Positions 1 through 12,264 of a DNA stretch of 64,000 bases are shown piece after piece. Under the pieces are notes generated by a model. It did not search any database and was not told where the DNA came from. It was given only the letters and a program-made list of their open reading frames with translations. The DNA comes from Chrysomallon squamiferum (Eukaryota > Animalia > Mollusca). A program made the position numbers and the translations under genes. Each line of letters begins with the position of its first letter. Positions within the stretch are counted from its first letter, which is position 1. The stretch lies in contig CM022676.1 of assembly GCA_012295275.1 (NCBI GenBank), positions 5,518,001-5,582,000 on the forward strand, given 5' to 3'.

Positions 1-148
1 GGTTTTTTTTTTTTTGTTGTTTTTTTTTTTTCTTCTTTTTATTGGTTATGCATTTATTTACATGTTTATTTTTATTTATTTATTTATTTATTTCAGGTAC
101 ACATTTTTATTTATTTATTTATTTATTTATTTATTTTTCTCGTTTTAG

Positions 149-266
149 GGCAGCCTACGTTTCGTTCGGTGGATTGCTAATGCGACTGAAAGGAGATCCA
201 AATAATTTGCACGGTTTTGAAATCGACTCCCATGTCTACCTCATGATGAAGAAATTAGCCTTCTAA
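149..266 (+). CDS. POLR2H: Terminal coding exon of RNA polymerases I/II/III subunit RPABC3 (RPB8), copy 1
   Basis: ttttag acceptor, then [38 protein letters not shown]. This matches the RPB8 GGLLM motif and KKLAF C-terminus. Upstream exons lie outside the window. Confidence 0.95.
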
Positions 267-962
267 ATTTCATATTTCAAAAATCGTTTTGTTTACTTTT
301 TAGTAGAAAAAACCCCCAAACAGACAAAAAAAATAAAAAAAATAAAATAAAAAAAATGAAAGAGTTTTTATTAGCCAGAAATGCTGCCAGTACATTTTAT
401 TTTGGAAAGATTGTTTTACGATTTGGCTAACCATTTTGAAATGGAGGAAAAATTTTTAATTTAATTTAGAAACAACTATTAATTTTTTGGTATTATTATT
501 ATCTTTATTATTAATTTATTACTTTTTTTTTTAATTATTATTCTGAAATATAAAGCAAAAATTTGAATGTAAGAAAAAAATTTGAGAGTGAAAGAAGGAA
601 TGGAAAGAAAGAAGGAATAAGTGATTGAGAGAATGATGGCGAGAAATAATATTTAACAGTACATTTCCTGTCTGGTGAACTTTTAAGTAAGTTTTGTGTT
701 TGCAGCATCTAGATAAACTTAAAAGATAAACATTTTCTTTCTTTTTAAGTTTTATGAATGAAAAAAAACTTAACTGAACAGCCATTTCTTATTATTAATT
801 ATTTATAAGGTGTTAAAATTATTTTAAACCATGGAGGTAGATGTTATGTGTTCATTTTCATCATTATCATTGATGCCATTTTATTTTTTTTTCATTATAT
901 GCATATGTCAAAATAAACACTAATATTAATAAATGAATGACTCAAATTATTTTCTTGTTTTG

Positions 963-1012
<50 letters not shown>

Positions 1013-2370
1013 AATATAAAAATGAACACCAGATAAAACATTTATTCATTGGGTTTTATTCTGTCTCATCTTGAAAACAAGGGAGACTATTCATAATAAT
1101 TACATGACAGTGAACATGTTGGATTATCTCTTAGTAATTCCTAAAAAAAATAAAAAAAAAGAGAAGAATACATAAATCAGTTGTAATTTTGGCCATGTCT
1201 TTTTAAATTTATTATGTGACACCAAAAATGGCAAACAGTTTCAAACTACGAGATCACCATGATAAATTACATCCAGTTTATTGGAATCATTCTTTAATGT
1301 GCATCTAATAATATTTTCTCGCTGCAGTAAACTGTTTTGGGTAAAACAAATTGTCAAAATACATATATATCTGTTCCTGGTAACCAATGTTTTCTTTACT
1401 GTGACAATAAAATATCAAAACTGTTTGTGGAGATTAACTGTTACTTTAAAATTGAAATAAGTAACAGATGAAACAATTTAAAATATTATGAAGTAAATGA
1501 AAGTAAAATTTAATTATGTAAATTAAAATCTAAGAAGTAACATGGAATTACACATTAAGCAAAATTTTAAATGGGGATTCAATTTTTTTTTTTAATGAAA
1601 TAAGGTGGAATTCAAGTTAAAATGAAATTAAAATTTAAAGAATGTATAAGAAATTAAAAAGATGGAACTAAATTTTAAAGAAGAAAACTGAAATATTTAA
1701 AAATAACATTGAAATAAGATGGAAATAGAATTTAATGTAAAAATTAAATAAGTTCTGGAAATATAAAACTTCCACATTATTATTATTATTATATTATTAT
1801 AATTATTATATATTTTTTCTTTCTCTTTTTTTCTTTGGCAGACAAAAAGTAATATGACAGTAAAATCATGTTCTTTTAAAAACATTTTATTTAAAAAAGT
1901 ATTCAGTGAAAGCTAAAATTAGTAAAAACAATTATCCACATACAATCTTTTTTTATTTTCAATTTGTTTTGCAGTTCATATTTATTTAAAAATAATTAAA
2001 TAAAAGAAATTGAAATAAATTAAAATTAATAACTTGGAAATTTAAAGAGGTAAAAGTAGAAACAAATTTATAGAAGGATATGGAAATAATAACTTTATTA
2101 TTTTTTATTTTTTTTTATGCTACTTTTCTTTTTATTTATTTAATTTTGTTTTGTTTTTTTAATTGCTAACATTTAAAGAAGTAAAATGAAATAAGATTTA
2201 AAGATACAATATTTTTTTGATATAATAATGAATAAAAATGAAATACAAATATAATAAAGTCAGCAGAAATAAAAATGTAATGAACCAATAGTGAATTTCT
2301 TTTAGAAGGTAAATAAAAAAGAAGTTAGAATATTAAGTATAAAGCAGTTTAGAAACTTTTAAGTTACAAA

Positions 2371-2415
<45 letters not shown>

Positions 2416-3594
2416 CATAATATTTTATGTTGTACTCACAAATCCAGCTGAGTATTGAGTTTTGTTCAGGTATTTGAAAAGTTATTATTTTACATTCAAT
2501 TTCGTCTCCATTTTGATACCACTGAGGACCCAAAACCAGATTCAGATTAAACAGATTGTTGTTGTTATCTTCTTCTTCTTCTTCTTCTTATTATTATTAT
2601 TTTATTTATTTTATTTATTTAAATTGTTTTTAATAAACAATTAGCATAATTTCATGTTTTGTATTATTATTATTATTATTATTATTATTTATTATTATTA
2701 TTATTTCCAGAAAACAAAATCTATAGTAACAAAATGTTTTTTGGTTTCATTAATAATTAGGGAGATAAAAAAAATTAATAAATAACCAGTGTACAATCAG
2801 TGAGCATTTATTTTATAATAAATTCAGTTCTTTATTATTTATTTAGTTATTTATTTAAAAATGTAAATATTGCATTTGTTTTTCAGTTCTTATCTTCAGT
2901 AAAACAAAATATATGACAATTAAAAAGAATAAATAATTCATATTATTCTTTTTTTTAAATTAACATTTATTTTGTTTTTATTTCCAAACAGTGAAATGCA
3001 AAACAATAACATTTTTAAGAAAATCAATAACAAAAGCAAATAAAATAGTTATATTTATTTTAAAATATTAAGAATCGGGGGTTGGGTTGTTGTTTTTTGT
3101 TGTTGTTTTATTTATTTTTTATTTATTTTATTAAATTTATTTTAATTATCCTTTAGCTTCAAAATACATTAAATTAATACATTTTTAAATAACAAATAAT
3201 TATTTTATTTCTATGGTGTGTGTGTGTGACTGTGTGTGTGTATATATATACTGTGGTCTCACTACATACTTTAAGAGATGGCAGGCTTGCCAACACTTAT
3301 GGCTTATGACAAGTTTGCCTGCCATTTGTCAGCAATATCCACCACCCGTTTATTTAGTGCACTTTTTTTTTTTTTTATCATAAATTAAACAGACATTTTG
3401 ATTTTATTTTAGTGCAAATAAAATAAGATAAACTTGTTAATAGTTAATGCATATGATGCAATTATTTATAGGAGTGTTTTTGACAAGTGATTCGAACATT
3501 GTTCAAAGTACTTGTAACCCTGAACATTTTCTGTACCATCCCTTCATTTAACTTGCACCAGTTATACCAATTCCCACCATCTATTTCACAAATG

Positions 3595-3631
<37 letters not shown>

Positions 3632-4034
3632 TACATAAAATATATATTTTATTTTTTAATTCTTATTTATGAATGGCAACCACATATAATACTTAAACTA
3701 CAAAAAAACAAACATTTTATTTATTAACTTTGTTTATTTTTGTTTACAGTTTAAAAATATTAACACAAAGGATGTCTCTCAGTTTTTGTTTAAGACAATT
3801 TATAAGAAAAATATTATAATTATTTTCATTAATTAAATACTTTTTTTATATTATGTTGTTGCTGGGTTATTTTTTTTTGTTTTTTTTTTTCTTCTTCTTA
3901 TTGATTATGCATTTATTTACATGTTTATTTTTATTTATTTATTTACTTATTGCAGGTGCACATTTTTATTTATTTATTTATTGCTTGAGCATATATTTAT
4001 TTAAATATTTATTTATTTATTTTTCTCGTTTTAG

Positions 4035-4152
4035 GGCAGCCTACGTTTCGTTCGGTGGATTGCTAATGCGACTGAAAGGAGACCCAAATAATTTGCATGG
4101 TTTTGAAATCGACTCCCATGTCTACCTCATGATGAAGAAATTAGCCTTCTAA
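4035..4152 (+). CDS. POLR2H: Duplicated terminal exon of RPB8, copy 2
   Basis: Same peptide as 149-266 with an intact acceptor and two synonymous differences (GAT/GAC, CAC/CAT). No upstream RPB8 exon is recognisable in 2600-4034. Confidence 0.8.
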
Positions 4153-4854
4153 ATTTCATATTTCAAAAATCTTTTTGTTTACTTTTTAGTAGAAAAAACC
4201 CCCAAACAGACAAAAAAAAAAAAAAAAAAAATAAAAAAAATAAAAGAGTTTTTATTAGCCAGAAATGCTGCCAGTACATTTTATTTTGGAACGATTGTTT
4301 TATGATTTGGCTAACCATTTTGAAATGGAGGAAAAAAACTTAATTTAATTTAGAAACAACTATTAATTTTTTGTTATTATTATTATTATCTTTATTATTA
4401 ATTTATTACTTTTTTTAAATTATTATTCTGAAATATAAAGCAAAAATTTGAAAGTAAGAAAAAAATTCAAGAGTGAAAGAAGGAATGGAAAGAAAGAAGG
4501 AATAAGTGATTGAGAGAATGATGGAGAGAAATAATATTTGACAGTACATTTCCTGTCTGGTGAACTTTTAAGTAAGTTTTGTGTTTGCAGCATCTAGATA
4601 AACTTAAAAGATAAACATTTTCTTTCTTTTTAAGTTTTATAAATGAAAAAAATTTTGAATCTTAACTGAACAGCCATTTCTTATTATTAATTATTTATAA
4701 GGTGTTAAAATTATTTTAAACCATGGAGGTAGATGTTATGTGTTCATTTTCATCATTATCATTGATGCCATTTTTTTTTTTTTTCATTATAGGCATATGT
4801 CAAAATAAACACTAATATTAATAAAAGAATGACTCAAATTATTTTCTTGTTTTG

Positions 4855-4895
<41 letters not shown>

Positions 4896-6235
4896 AATAT
4901 AAAAATGAACACCAGATAAAACATTTATTCATTGGGTTTTATTCTGTCTCATCTTGAAAACAAGGGAGACTATTCATAATAATTACATGACAGTGAACAT
5001 GTTGGATTATCTCTTAGTAATTCCTGAAAAAAAAAAAAAATACATAAATCAGCTATAATTTTGGCCATGTCTTTTTAAATTTATTATGTGACACCAAAAA
5101 TGGCAAACAGTTTCAAACTACAAGATCACCATGATAAATTACATCCAGTTCATTGGAATCATTCTTTATTGTGCATCTAATAATATTTTCTCGCTGCAGT
5201 AAACTATTTTGGGTAAAACAAATTGTCAAAATACATATATATCTGTTCCTGGTAACCAATGTTTTCTTTACTGTGACAATAAAATATCAAAACTGTTTGT
5301 GGAGATTAACTGTTACTTTAAAATTGAAACAAGTAACAGATGAAACAATTTAAAATATTATGAAGTAAATGAAAGTAAAATTTAATTATGTAAATTAAAA
5401 TCTAAGAAGTAACATGGAATTACATATTAAGCAAAATTTTAAATGGGGATTCAATTTTTTTTTTTTAATGAAATAAGATGGAATTCAAGTTAAAATGAAA
5501 TTAAAATTTAAAGAATGTATAAGAAATTAAAAAGATGGAACTAAATTTTAAAGAAGAAAACTGAAATATTTAAAAATAACATTGAAATAAGATGGAAATA
5601 GAATTTAATGTAAAATTTAAATAAGTTCTGGAAATATAAAACTTCCACATTATTATTATTATTATATTATTATAATTATTATATATTTTTTCTTTCTCTT
5701 TTTTTCTTTGGCAGACAAAAAGTAATATGACAGTAAAATCATGTTCTTTTAAAAACATTTTATTTAAAAAAGTATTCAGTGAAAGCTAAAATTAGTAAAA
5801 ACAATTATCCACATACAATCTTTTTTTATTTTCAATTTGTTTTGCAGTTCATATTTATTTTAAAAATAATTAAATAAAAGAAATTGAAATAAAATTAATA
5901 ACTTGGAAATTTAAAGAGGTAAAAGTAGAAACAAATTTATAGAAGAATATGGAAATAATAACTTTATTATTTTTTATTTTTTTTTATGCTTATTTTCTTT
6001 TTATTTATTTAATTTTGTTTTGTTTTTTTAATTGCTAACATTTAAAGAAGTAAAATGAAATAAGATTTAAAGAAACAATATTTTTTTAATATAATAATGA
6101 ATAAAAATGAAATATAAATATAATAAAGTCAGCAGAAATAAAAATGTAATGAACCAATAGTGAATTTCTTTTAGAAGGTAAAAAAGAAGTTAGAATATTA
6201 AGTATAAAGCAGTTTAGAAACTTTTAAGTTACAAA

Positions 6236-6271
<36 letters not shown>

Positions 6272-6739
6272 GTTATTGTTATTATTATTATTATTATTAT
6301 TATACATAATATTTTATGTTGTACTCACAAATCCAGCTGAGTACTGAGTTTTGTTCAGGTATTTGAAAAATTATTATTTTACATTCAATTTCGTCTCCAT
6401 TTTGATACCACTGAGGACCCAAAACCAGATTCAGATTAAACAGATTGTTGTTGTTATCTTCTTCTTCTTCTTCTTCTTCTTCTTATTATTATTATTCTTT
6501 GAAACTTAAATGTAAAGAAATAGCATCAAAGATGTAAAATAGATTTAAAGGCAACAGTAACAACAAAAAACAATATGTAAATAAAACTGGAATGAAGTAA
6601 GAAGAAGATAAAATTTAAAGAAATAATACAGAAATAAAATTTTAGCAAAACCAATAACAACAACAACAACAACAACAACAATAATAAAATTATTTCAAAA
6701 AATAAAAATAAATAAATTAATTAATTTATAATAATGATG

Positions 6740-6787
<48 letters not shown>

Positions 6788-7290
6788 TTATTAAAAACCT
6801 AGCAAAAAAATAAGCTAACAAACAAATTTAGACATAAAAATATTTGACAAAATCTTTAAATTAAACAGTATGTAAATGTCCATTTATTCCCTCCCCAAGT
6901 ACCCTTTAAAAATAAACAAAACATTTATAGGAAAGCCAAACGTATTCGGGTACACATATTATTGCGTAGCAAGAAACATAAAATTTATTTGCTTTAAAAT
7001 ATTTACTAACAGGAATGGAGAACAATTCTATTTATTTATTTATTTGTTTGTTTATTCTTTGTTCGTTCGTTTGTTTAATCATTGTTATTGTTATTATTAA
7101 ATACATTACAAAATAATTTCTTTTACACCACACACACACTCTTGTAATCTTCTTATTATTTTTTAAATTATTATTATTATTTTTAATCAACACGGTTGCC
7201 GACTTCATAAACACACTAATTTCCGTAACCGAAGGCACGAGACATTCACCATCGTATTGATTCTGAAAAAATGACGTTTGATCAACAACA

Positions 7291-7363
7291 ATGTTTTTAA
7301 TTTTGATTTCTGTGAAGAACGTGGTTATTTTAATATCACTGTTTGTATCTAATGTAAACTTAG
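7291..7363 (+). CDS. Probable first coding exon (signal peptide)
   Basis: ATG, hydrophobic MFLILISVKNVVILISLFVSNVNL, then a phase-1 donor G|GTTAGT matching all downstream exons. Confidence 0.65.
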
Positions 7364-7468
7364 GTTAGTTTAAAACATACTTTTTCAACATTTATATAAC
7401 AATTATGTTTATTTAGTTATTCTCACTTTATGACTTATTATATAATTATTAAATATTATTATTACTTT

Positions 7469-7503
<35 letters not shown>

Positions 7504-7912
7504 AAAAACATAATAAATAAACAAGTTAATAAATAAATAAATAATTTAAATATATATAATTTTTAAAATACAAACACAAAATTCTGTTTTTATATCGAGC
7601 TATGCAGAGTTAATAATAATAATGAAATAAAATAAAATAAATAAATAAATAAATAAATTAATTAATTAAGAATAACGATAATAAAATACGATAAAAATAA
7701 AACCAAAGTTAGATTTGTTAGATCATGTTTAATTTTATTTTAAAACCGTTTGACAAAACTAAATAAGCAAAATTAATCACTTTCTTTTAATATTATTATT
7801 ATTAGTAGTAGTTGTAGTAGTAGTAGCAGTTACGGTAAGAAAACAGTAAAAATGGCTTCTACGAATTGTATCGATGTGAACAAACTTTGCAAACGATAAA
7901 TATATAAATAAA

Positions 7913-7977
<65 letters not shown>

Positions 7978-8791
7978 AATAAATAAATAAATAGCTCCAA
8001 ATAATACATTTTTATAAGGAGAATGCATTTTATACAGTATTAATTTGCAGCATCATTTCAGATAGAATACAGAATGTAAATGTATGCAAAATACAGCTAA
8101 ATAAATGTTAAAAAACAATAGTTATTGTCACATCTGTTTTCGTTGTTAGTAGAATTAATGGTTCATGCATTTAGTAATGTAGCCAGTTTATCGATATGAA
8201 GAAAAAAAAATAATAAATTAAAGGTGAATAAATTAGTAATTTTGTCAAAATAACAAAAAACAAAACAAAACAAAAAACAAAACAAAACAAAAAACAACCC
8301 CAAACAAATCACGATTTACATAAATAATTAAACAAGGTACAATATTAACTGATTATAAGATTACGATTCATAACACGAAAATTAGTTCCAAAAGGAAACG
8401 AAAGTTAGTGACGGAAACTACCGAATATGCAAAACAGGTGCGTGACTCTTCGTTTCTGCTACTCAGAAGTTCGACACTTTTCAGATTACAAATCTTTTGT
8501 TTCGTAAAAAACAATTTCGGCTTTAAGTATTAATTATAAGTAGTTTACGGTGTGCAGAACTACACAATCAAAACACAGAGCATTTCATTGCTTTCAGGGA
8601 GAATTCGTTTTCTTTACAGTTTGTAGAATTAAAATTTATAGTTTGATTAGCATAATTTTGTCGTCTGCGTATTAGTTACCAGAAATGGAAAGGTACTTAT
8701 GTTATATAGAAATATTTTATATCAAACAAAAACAGGATTAAATAAACATAATTATTAAAATAATAATTATTTGGACAAATACAAAATATCC

Positions 8792-8840
<49 letters not shown>

Positions 8841-8954
8841 ATTTTGGAATTACTTTAATCATGATATATGGGGGAAAAAATAAATAAAAATAATGAATAA
8901 AACCAATATTAATAAAATCGGTGTATTTAAAAAAAAATATATATCACATCTCTA

Positions 8955-8990
<36 letters not shown>

Positions 8991-11900
8991 TATTATTATT
9001 ATTATTTTGATTTTTATAATTTTGTCAATTCCATAAAAATGTGACAAACTGAATAGTATATCTTTAATAATGGAAATATTTACTTATCTTGCTTAAATTT
9101 TTTGAAGAAAAAAAGTGTTATGTAACAAAATATTTTTATTACAGTGAAATATAATTGTTTTAGAAAAAAGAAATTCATTTAGAAATAATTTACATTTGGT
9201 TTTTATTTCTTGTTCACATTAGAAAGAACAAAGCCAATTTTACCACGAAACATTCGATCAGCTGCAGGTAAATAATTATAGTTATTAACAAATTAAGCAA
9301 AAATTTGAAAAAATTGTAAATTAATAGACATGATTCATAACTTCAGAGAGGTACATAGATTAATTTTGTAATTATTAAATAATAATAAAAATATTATTAA
9401 TGCTGGATGTATATTTTAATATTTTATTTATAATCTTTTATCTTGTTCTGTTGACAAACTTGAACAATATCTCAGAGGACTATTGATATTTTTAATTATT
9501 ATTTTATTTTGCAGTTCGTGGAGTTCTTCTTGTGGGGACTCCTGTCATAGGCAAACCTTTACTTCTAATCTACAGGATGAACTCTGTGACTTTAACAGAC
9601 TCAACTTTTCAGTTTAAACTGAATGGCGGAACAAAAGGATCTTGTTATTATGAATATCCTTGTGTCTCTGATCAGGGATACAAGATCACACGACAAGGTA
9701 GTCGTAGTGTTACTTTGGAGATTTCTTCTTTTGATGCAGAAATACACAGTGGTACTTGGCTGGTTTCTGATGATAATGTTAATTCTAATAGAATTACACT
9801 GACAGGACCTTTTCGTAAGTTTTGTTCTATAAAACTTCATGAGAATACAATTTTTTCTTTTTTTAATATTTTTTTATAACTGATATACTAAAATAATTTC
9901 AAATACTATTTAATTTCACTAATATATGTATATATTTTTTTTCTTATTCATTGCTATAAATAATGCTGTTAAAAAATGTTATATTCTAATGGGACCATAT
10001 GAAAGAAAAATTATTTTTAGATATTTTTAAAATATTAATGAACTTGCATGAACATTTTTCTAGGCTAGTTATTTATTTATTTACTGTTTAGATTTATCAT
10101 CATATTTCACTGTTTTTATTAATTCATGGATACTGCAACTACAGAAACTACTGAAGTAACAAAAGACCCAACATATAAAAGAGGTAAAAAGTAATTGTAT
10201 TTCCTAGTGAATGTTATATAGCCTATATATTTGGAGAGTTTGGTTTCAAAATGCTATAAATCCATTTTCTTTGTTTCAATAAAAATGAGTATTTCTGCTC
10301 AGGAGTTTATAGATACTGCAACTACAGTAACTACTGAAGTAATAAAAGACCCAACATTTAAAAGAGTAAAAAAGTAATTGTATTTCCTAGTGAATGTTAT
10401 ATAGCCTATATATTTGAAGAGTTTGGATAATCAAATTAGTTTAATAATGCAAAGTTTTGCATTCAAATTTTTAATTCCATTTTTTTATTTTTTTTATATG
10501 CAGTTGGATATCTTGTTACACACAATCCTGGGTCTAACAGCCCTTTAGAGTTTAATTACACTAAGAACGATGGCACTGTAAGAGGTGGAACAATAACATT
10601 CATGCGTGACAAGTCAGATGTAGGAGTATGTAATCCCATTGGCCTGTGTTCCACTAACAGGGGATACAGCCTGACAGTACGGTCTGACAAACTTGTTACA
10701 CTGCTGGTTCGACATTTTAGAGTATATCGAGACAGTGGTATTTGGATGGTACGTGACAACGATCGATATTCAAATAAAGTTATTGTTAAAGCACCATATG
10801 GTAAATATACTTGCTTTTTAATTCTTAGACTGATTTGCACACTAATCTCTGTTTTTTATAAATGTATTGCAACAGCAATAACTGCTGAAAATATAAATAT
10901 AGTTTTATAATTCAGATTGTTTGAACAAATAAAATGGACATATCCTTTTTTATTTATTTTATTTAATAATACTATCCTTTTTTTTCTCCATTTGTTATAA
11001 TGCTTACCTTGTTTTCACTAAAAAAAATTAAATTTTTTCTTAAAAATTATTTCATATTGTTCTTATTGAAAATAACAAGATTCGCTATATATTTGCAATT
11101 GTAACCAATTCATAATATCTTTAAACTATAAAGAAATATAGCCAATAATTAATACATAAGAATGCTAGATATTTTTTTGGTAACATTTAAATGTTTCACA
11201 CAAGAAGAATGTCAGTTTTAAAACTTTTTTTTACTAGCTTTGTAATGCAAAAATCTAAACAAGAAAGACCAGTGTCACAAAAACAATTAGATTAAATTAT
11301 TTAAAAATATTCTCACTCTTCATTCTGACATTCAGCTTGATTATATTTTGTTATTATTATTATTATTTTTTTTTTTTGCAGTTACTGGACAGCTTCATGC
11401 AGAAACACCTGTTATTGGTAAATCTTTTGTTCTGACTTATACAATGATGTTTGGTCCAATAAGGTCAACATATATGGAGTTCCTTCTGAACTACAAGTTA
11501 CAAGCAGTATGTTACAGTACATATCCATGTCAGAATAACAAAGGATACATTATTAAAAAAGTATCTGATAGAGTTGTAACTTTGGAGATTCCATCATTTG
11601 ATGAGACAAAACACAGTGGCATTTGGCTAGTTGATGATAAGAATAGAGCTTCAAACAGAATTGTCTTGCGTGGACCATTTAGTAAGTACTAATTTAATTT
11701 AACAATGTTACTTCTACTTTGAGCCCATCAGGTACTACTCTGTGCTGGATATTTGAAAACCATAAAGTAAAGAAATTACAGGAAAATTTGATAAAGTAAA
11801 AAAGTTACTGGAAGATTTTTTTATTTTTCTCTAAATGTGATTTATTTATTTATTTCATGACATCAGAAATGCCAGCACCGAAAACAACCACTCCACGAAC

Positions 11901-12228
11901 AACTCGACAAACACCAAGAAGTGAGTTTTTTAAAATATATTTTTATTTATTTATTTATTTATTTATATTTTTATGTAGATAAGAAACTTATCTGCACTGT
12001 TATTCTGTTATATATTTCCACATTTAAAATTAGTTAAAGGCATTTTTGTATTTCTTTCTGTCACAGTTTACTTGTGGTAGCACAGATACATTTTTTTTAG
12101 ATAATTATTTTATTTGTTTCCAGAGCAATATTTGGTCATGAGATATGATATGTTAAAATAATTTCCTTTTACATTTATATGCATGAAATAATGTCCCGAA
12201 AAACAGACAATGCAACATAAGGCTTGTC

Positions 12229-12264
<36 letters not shown>

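Larger units (their letters stand above)
1..6495 (+). repeat. ~3.89 kb tandem segmental duplication (copy 1 from <1 to ~2600; copy 2 from ~2600 to 6495)
   Basis: 1-2600 aligns almost exactly with ~3865-6495. Both copies end in the same (TTC)n(TTA)n microsatellite. Confidence 0.9.

Noticed and set aside
531-8028. ORF-track ORFs rich in F/I/L/Y/N (e.g. 531-785, 1697-1885, 2462-2644, 7777-8028) and the N-terminal parts of 42-266 and 3853-4152
   Set aside because: They are translations of AT-rich microsatellite, intron or UTR sequence. Only the part after the splice acceptor matches RPB8.
8685-8692. ATG GAA AG|GT as an alternative coding first exon
   Set aside because: Phase 2; splicing it to 9223 is out of frame and stops within D1.
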